NCBI GenBank assembly: GCA_965204755.1
Contig: OZ242011.1
Location: 2,560,001-2,624,000 of the forward strand
Source: Candidatus Marinacidobacterium sp.
GTDB lineage: Bacteria; Acidobacteriota; Vicinamibacteria; Marinacidobacterales; Marinacidobacteraceae
Direction of reading: 5' to 3'
Length of the DNA: 64,000 bases
The notes beneath the pieces were generated by a model. That model did no database searches. It saw only the letters and a program-made list of their open reading frames with translations, and was not told the origin of the DNA. The position numbers were made by a program, and so were the translations under genes. This document shows positions 58,685 through 64,000 of the stretch, in pieces; the stretch's first letter is position 1; each line of letters opens with the position of its first letter.

Positions 58685-59779
58685 ATGACTGACCTGCCGT
58701 CCCCGGAGGGGCCGGGCCGTTTCGCCGCCGCCGGCCGAGCGGTGTGGCGCTCGGCCCAGATCGCCGCCGCCACCCTCGCGGTGAGCGTCCCGTTCGGCTT
58801 CGCCGCCACCGGGGAGGCGGTGGAAGTGACCATGGGCGCGGTCTGCGGCGTCGCGGTCGGCGTCGGCCTCGGCCTCCGCCTCGGCGAGCGCGGGGGCCGG
58901 TCGGTCGGCATCCTGGTCGGCTCGGCCCTCGGCGCGGCGGCGACGCTCCTCGCCGGCCGCGCCGCCCTCAGCCCCGGCTGGCTCGTCCCCCCGCTGCTCG
59001 CCCTGGCGCTCGGCCTGATGGACGGCCTCGGCAGCGCCCGCCTCCGCGGCTACCGCGAAGCCCTCCGCGAGTCGCTCCTGATCTCGCTGGTCCTCGGATT
59101 CGGCGCCCTCTTCGGCCGCCTCCCGGTCTCCGGCCTCGCGGCGGCGCTCGCCTGCGCCCCGGTGAACGCGCTGGTCGCCGGCTTCTTCGGCCGCGACCCG
59201 GAGGGCCGCCGCTTCACCCGCCCGCCCTGGTGGCTGCTCCTCGCCGTCGCGGTGATGTTCGCCGCCGTCGCGACGGTGACCGTCCTGGACGGCCGCCCCG
59301 CCCCCTCGATCCCGCGGTCGCTCGGCGTGGCGGCGGCGTCGCTGCTCGCAGTCCCGGCCGCGGTGTTCCTCGCGGCGCGAACCGCCGCGGTCTGGCTGCG
59401 CCCGCGGCTCCTCGTGTACTCGGAACTCGCCGACTACCTCCGGGTGATGTGGGTCCCCATCGGCGGCTTCGCGGTCGGCTACCTGGCGATCATCGTCCTG
59501 TTCGCGGGGTTCGCCGGCGCCCTCGAGCGCTTCCTCCCCGGCTCGTTCACCGGCGCGGACGCCGCCGGCCTCGCGGACTGGGTGCTGTTCTCGTTCTACT
59601 CCGCCGTCGCCCAGCCCGATTCCGCGATCAGCCCGGCCACCGGCCCCGCCCGGCTGCTCCACGGCGCCCAACTCGTCCTCTCCGTCGGCTGGGCGCTCGT
59701 GGTCTTCGCCGCGGTGATGTCCGCGATCCAACCCCAACTCGAACGCCTCGCCCGCCGCCGCAAACCCCCGGACGACTGA
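58685..59779 (+). CDS. Multi-pass membrane protein with C-terminal two-TM ion-channel-like segment
   Basis: Many TM helices. YLAIIVLFAG...DWVLFSFYSAVAQPDSAISPATGPARLL resembles an Ion_trans_2 pore without GYG. Confidence 0.6.
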   Translation: MTDLPSPEGPGRFAAAGRAVWRSAQIAAATLAVSVPFGFAATGEAVEVTMGAVCGVAVGVGLGLRLGERGGRSVGILVGSALGAAATLLAGRAALSPGWLVPPLLALALGLMDGLGSARLRGYREALRESLLISLVLGFGALFGRLPVSGLAAALACAPVNALVAGFFGRDPEGRRFTRPPWWLLLAVAVMFAAVATVTVLDGRPAPSIPRSLGVAAASLLAVPAAVFLAARTAAVWLRPRLLVYSELADYLRVMWVPIGGFAVGYLAIIVLFAGFAGALERFLPGSFTGADAAGLADWVLFSFYSAVAQPDSAISPATGPARLLHGAQLVLSVGWALVVFAAVMSAIQPQLERLARRRKPPDD

Positions 59780-59838
59780 CCCGACCCGCCCGAGCGACGG
59801 TCCCCTTCGCGCCCGCCGCGGTCGGTAGGGTTCCGCCC

Positions 59839-60321
59839 ATGAACCCTCCCCCGCGACTCCTCCTCTGCTCCGTCGCCGCCGGTCTCGGCCTCTCCGCCGC
59901 CGTCGCCGCCGCGATCTACTCCCCTTCGTCGGCGTCGTCCGCTTCGCCGGCGCCCGCCGTCCAAGCCCCCGACCTCGGCTCCTTCCTGAGCGAGAGCGGC
60001 ACCGAGATCCGTCTCCTCCTGTCCGAGTCCAACCTCGGCGGCGGCGAGTTGCAGGTCGGCGAAATCACCTTCCCCCCCGGCGCGAACTCCGGCAACCACT
60101 ACCACGGCGCCACCGAAGTCTTCTATGTCCTCTCCGGCGAGTTGGAACATGTCGTGGACGGCGTCTCCGAATTCCTCGGCCCCGGCGACCTCGGCTTCGT
60201 CCGCCCCCCGTCCGCCGTCAACCACCGCACCGCCCCGGACGGCCCCGGCGCGAAAGCCCTCGTCATCTGGGCCCCCGGCGGCGAAGGAACCCGAATCGTC
60301 CAAACCTGGCGCCGCCCCTGA
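59839..60321 (+). CDS. Exported cupin-domain protein
   Basis: Signal-like N-terminus, HYHGATEVFYVLSGEL, LGPGDLGFVRPPSAVNH. Confidence 0.85.
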   Translation: MNPPPRLLLCSVAAGLGLSAAVAAAIYSPSSASSASPAPAVQAPDLGSFLSESGTEIRLLLSESNLGGGELQVGEITFPPGANSGNHYHGATEVFYVLSGELEHVVDGVSEFLGPGDLGFVRPPSAVNHRTAPDGPGAKALVIWAPGGEGTRIVQTWRRP

Positions 60322-60368
60322 TTCCCGAGCCCGGTGCGCCCGCCGCCATTCCTGTCGGAGCGACCGTC

Positions 60369-60761
60369 GTGAACACCGACGAGATGACGCGGCGAGTCGC
60401 CGCGAGCCTCCCCGACCGGTTCACCTGCTCGCCCGCGCCCCGCGGGAACCTCCGCGTGGAAACGCCCCTGCTCTATCCCGACGGCGGCATCGTGGATGTG
60501 TTCGTCGTCGAACGCGACGGCGCCTGGTCGGTAACCGACTTCGGCGAGGCCTCCGGCTGGCTGGAGATGGAGGCCGACGGCGGAAGCCCGTCACCGAAGC
60601 AAGCCCGAATGATCGAAGACCGCTGCCGGGCCCTCGGCGTCACGAACCGCGACGGCCGCCTCGAGTTGCGGCTGACCACGCCGGACGAAGTCGGCGACGC
60701 CGTAGCGCGCGTAGCCCGAGCCGTCGCCGAGGTCGCCGAGACCTCGAACCGCCGCCGCTGA
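60369..60761 (+). CDS. DUF1828-like protein (short)
   Basis: RVETPLLYPDGGIVDVFV...VTDFGEASGWL pattern. Confidence 0.7.
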   Translation: MNTDEMTRRVAASLPDRFTCSPAPRGNLRVETPLLYPDGGIVDVFVVERDGAWSVTDFGEASGWLEMEADGGSPSPKQARMIEDRCRALGVTNRDGRLELRLTTPDEVGDAVARVARAVAEVAETSNRRR

Positions 60762-60819
60762 CCGCCGCTCCGCACCTGTTTGCGAACGCTGCGCCGCCGA
60801 CACGCGTCGAGACGGGAAG

Positions 60820-62076
60820 ATGGCGATGACGACGACCTCCCGGCGCCTCGTCTCCGAGTCGCCGGCGGCGCCGCCGGCGCGGCTGGAATCGCTGAGGGTG
60901 CGGAACTTCCGCGCGCTTCGTCGAATCGAGATCGAGGACCTGACGCCGCTGACCGTCCTCGTCGGACCGAACGGCAGCGGCAAGTCCACGGTCTTCGAGG
61001 CGCTCGCGTTCCTCTCGGACTGTTTCGAGTCCGGCCTGCGCCGCGCCTGGGATCGGCGGGGCCGCGGCCGGGAGATTCGAACCCGCGGCGAAGACGGGCC
61101 GGTCGCCGTGGAATTCGACTACCGGGAGCTCGCGAACCAGCCCCGGATCACCTACCACCTGGAAATCGACGAAGAGGACGGAAACCCGGTCGTCGTCTCC
61201 GAGTGGGCGCGATGGAGGCCGAAGCCGAAGGGAGCGCCTTTCCGTTTCCTCGACTACGGCCGCGGCCGCGGTCGGGCGGTCGGCGGAAAAGCGCCTGGCT
61301 CCGGGGACGAGCGAGCCGAAGCCCCTCTCCGGTCAGCCGACCTGCTCGCCGCCGACGCGCTCGGCCGGTTTCGGCGTTACCCCCGGATCGCCGCGCTGCG
61401 GACCTTCATCCGCGGTTGGCATATGTCGCGTCTCTCGGCGGAGGGCGTCCGCGCCCGACCCGAGGCCGGCCCGCAGGAGCGGCTGTCGACGAGCGGCGAC
61501 AACCTGGCGAATGTCGTCCAGTACTGGCGCGAGCGGCATCCGCGCCGGTTGCGTCACATCGTCGAGCGCTTGCGGCGACGAGTCCCTCGCTTCGAGAGTT
61601 GCCGCGCGGATCCGAGTCCCGACGGCCGACTCCTCCTGCAGATGGAAGACGCTCCGTTCGACGAACCGATCACGGCGCGTTTCGCGTCCGACGGCGCGCT
61701 CAGGATGCTGGCGTACCTGGTTCTCCTCCACGACCCGGCGCCCGCTCCGCTCCTCGCCGTGGAGACACCCGAACTCTTCGCGCATCCACGGCTTCTCCCC
61801 GAACTCGCCGAAGAGTTCCGCGCCGCCGCGGAACGCGCGCAACTTCTTGCGACCACCCATTCCCCGTTCTTTCTCGCTGCCCTTCGCCCCGAAGAGGTGC
61901 GCGTTCTCTGGCGCGACGAAGCAGGCCATACCCGGTCGCGTCGAGCGGCCGATTCCCGGGGTGTTACGGAGTTCGTTCGCCGAGGAGCGCATCTCGGCAA
62001 TCTCTGGACCGAAGGCCACTTCGGCGTGGGTGATCCGCTCACGCGCAGCGGTGCCCCGATTCGCGGCAACCCGTAG
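60820..62076 (+). CDS. ABC-type/AAA_21 ATPase (RecF/AbiEii-like)
   Basis: LRVRNFRAL, VGPNGSGKST, signature ASDGALRML, degenerate Walker B AVETPE...HP, H-loop TTHSP. Confidence 0.85.
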   Translation: MAMTTTSRRLVSESPAAPPARLESLRVRNFRALRRIEIEDLTPLTVLVGPNGSGKSTVFEALAFLSDCFESGLRRAWDRRGRGREIRTRGEDGPVAVEFDYRELANQPRITYHLEIDEEDGNPVVVSEWARWRPKPKGAPFRFLDYGRGRGRAVGGKAPGSGDERAEAPLRSADLLAADALGRFRRYPRIAALRTFIRGWHMSRLSAEGVRARPEAGPQERLSTSGDNLANVVQYWRERHPRRLRHIVERLRRRVPRFESCRADPSPDGRLLLQMEDAPFDEPITARFASDGALRMLAYLVLLHDPAPAPLLAVETPELFAHPRLLPELAEEFRAAAERAQLLATTHSPFFLAALRPEEVRVLWRDEAGHTRSRRAADSRGVTEFVRRGAHLGNLWTEGHFGVGDPLTRSGAPIRGNP

Positions 62077-62521
62077 AGTGCGCGGTGATCTCAGCCGCCG
62101 ATCGGGGCGGTCTCCCGCGCGGCGTCTTCGACCTCGCGGGCCGGATGCAGGTTGCGGAGGAAGTCGGTTACCGGCAGGCAGAGGATGTCGTCGGTGACGC
62201 GGCGATCCTCGCCGCGGGAGCCTGCGACTGCCCCGGCGGGCCACGCCGGTTCCATCCCCGAGGCGACTCCGCGAAGTCGCCTGACCCTCGACACCCCTCG
62301 CCGGACTTCGCCCGGCTGTAGTGTGCCTATGAAACCAACTCCCGAACTGTCAACTACTTACAAAGTCAAACCGTCGAAGTCAAGAAGGGCGTTGCGGCCG
62401 GACGAGGGCGCGGCAATGCAGCGCCCGACATTTGTTGATCGCCGGGACTGTTCCCGAGGCTGGTGAGGTGTGGTACGCTTCCACACCGACGACGGAGATG
62501 TGCTGGCGACAGCGATAGTTC

Positions 62522-64000
62522 GTGGAGAAGCAATTCGACAGCAGCGCCGTGCCTCTTGCGCAGCTGTTGCGCGAAGCGGCGAGCGGAGAAGTGCAACTGC
62601 CGGACTTCCAGAGGGACTGGGTGTGGGACGATCACCATATTCGGAGTCTCCTCGCCTCCATCTCGCTCTCGTACCCGATCGGGGCCATGATGACACTCAA
62701 GACGGGCAATGCCGATGTCCGTTTTGCGCCGCGCCCGATCAGAGGAGCGGACGTCCCGAAGGGCCAAGAGCCCGGACTGTTGCTTCTCGACGGCCAACAG
62801 CGCTTGACTTCGCTGTTTCTTGCGCTGTGGTCTCAGAAGCACGTGCCGACAAAGAACACCAAGGGTCAGCCCATCGAGCGACACTATTATGTGAGCATCG
62901 CGGCCTGCCTCGATGAGGACAAAGACCGAGCAGAAGAGGCGATCTTGAGTGTTCCTGCGGACCGTGTGGTTCGAACCGATTTCGGCAAGCAGGTCGTCTT
63001 GGACCTCAGTAGTCGCAAGAAGGAGATCGAGGCCGAGATGTTTCCTTTGGGCATAGTGCTCGATGGTAGTGCGACGATGGCGTGGCAGATGGAGTACCTC
63101 CATCCTGGCCCCAGGTACACAGAACGCTATGAGAGGTGGATGCGGTTTCACCAAGGGATCCTGAAGGCCTTTCAGGACTATCAGGTGCCGATCATCGGCC
63201 TCGTCAAGTCCACTCGCAAGGAGGCCGTATGCCAGGTCTTCGAGAAGGTCAATACGGGTGGAGTCACGCTCACCGTGTTCGAGTTGATGACGGCAACCTA
63301 TGCTGCCGACGACTACCCGTTGCGCGACAAATGGCGCGCACGAAAACAGGACTTGGAGCGGCACCGCGTCCTGGAGTCATTCGACGAGACATCCTTCCTG
63401 CAACTCGTCACGCTTCTCGCCACTTTCGATCGACGCCGGCGACACTTGAACGAGTACCCGGACCAGGACAGAGCGCCGGCCGTCTCGTGCAAGCGACGCG
63501 ACATCCTCCGCCTTCCTGTGGGCGACTACCGGAAGTGGGCGGATACTGCGTCCGAAGGGCTCGAGAAAGCGGCGTCCTTTCTGCGTGAACTCTGCGTTTT
63601 CCAGAGCCGCGATCTGCCCTACGCTACGCAGGTCATCCCGCTGGCGGCAATCCTCGGCGTGCTGGGCAAGCGAGGTGAGGCATACGACGCGCGACAAAGT
63701 CTGAAGCGGTGGTTTTGGTGCGGCGTTTTTGGGGAGATGTACGGTGGCGGGACAGAGACCCGGTTCGCCAACGATCTTCAGGACTGCGTTGCATGGATCC
63801 AGGACTCCGGGGACGAACCGCGTACGGTGCGGGATGCACAGCTCCAGGCGGAGCGGCTGCTTCGTCTGACTACTCGGAACAGCGCCGCCTACAAGGGACT
63901 CCACGCTCTGCAGATGTGCAGAGGCAGTCGCGATGTTCTCAGTGGCGCGACCATAGACCACAAGGTCTTCCACGACGATGCCATCGACATCCACCACATA
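62522..64000 (+). CDS. DUF262 (GmrSD-type) modification-dependent restriction protein, 3' truncated; absent from the ORF track
   Basis: Hand translation from GTG 62522 gives MEKQFDSS...QLPDFQRDWVWDD...YPIGAMM...LLLDGQQRLTSL...VFEKVNTGG, ending AIDIHHI (start of an HNH-like motif). Confidence 0.88.
   Translation, partial: MEKQFDSSAVPLAQLLREAASGEVQLPDFQRDWVWDDHHIRSLLASISLSYPIGAMMTLKTGNADVRFAPRPIRGADVPKGQEPGLLLLDGQQRLTSLFLALWSQKHVPTKNTKGQPIERHYYVSIAACLDEDKDRAEEAILSVPADRVVRTDFGKQVVLDLSSRKKEIEAEMFPLGIVLDGSATMAWQMEYLHPGPRYTERYERWMRFHQGILKAFQDYQVPIIGLVKSTRKEAVCQVFEKVNTGGVTLTVFELMTATYAADDYPLRDKWRARKQDLERHRVLESFDETSFLQLVTLLATFDRRRRHLNEYPDQDRAPAVSCKRRDILRLPVGDYRKWADTASEGLEKAASFLRELCVFQSRDLPYATQVIPLAAILGVLGKRGEAYDARQSLKRWFWCGVFGEMYGGGTETRFANDLQDCVAWIQDSGDEPRTVRDAQLQAERLLRLTTRNSAAYKGLHALQMCRGSRDVLSGATIDHKVFHDDAIDIHHI

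Noticed and set aside
62366-63997. Minus-strand ORFs of 332 aa and 206 aa
   Set aside because: They are antisense to the DUF262 gene, which has clear family motifs.

Overview
Very high-GC bacterial chromosome segment. The gene order gmk-coaBC-udg-priA and the many stand-alone P-loop ATPases suggest an Acidobacteriota-like organism (inference only). Housekeeping genes (gdhA, leuB, queG, kbl, clpB, fused 2-oxoacid dehydrogenase E1, tRNA-Lys, tRNA-Glu, ileS, gmk, coaBC, udg, priA) are interleaved with defence-type islands: a tandem-duplicated NYN + STAND NTPase module followed by a DNA methyltransferase, a type III R-M pair coupled to a PIN toxin, an NLR-like ATPase-nuclease and a DUF262/GmrSD gene. 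The most striking region is 27.8-38.7 kb. It holds a 2 kb non-coding array of about 68 same-orientation TCGATCC cores (a GATC every 28-32 bp). Next to it lie a gene for an amphipathic-helix/Pro-linker/winged-helix protein, a divergent small gene resembling the GATC-binding C-terminal domain of SeqA, and the type III methyltransferase locus. This is a candidate undescribed methyl-DNA reader/array/tether system. All family calls come from motif recognition by eye, not database searches.
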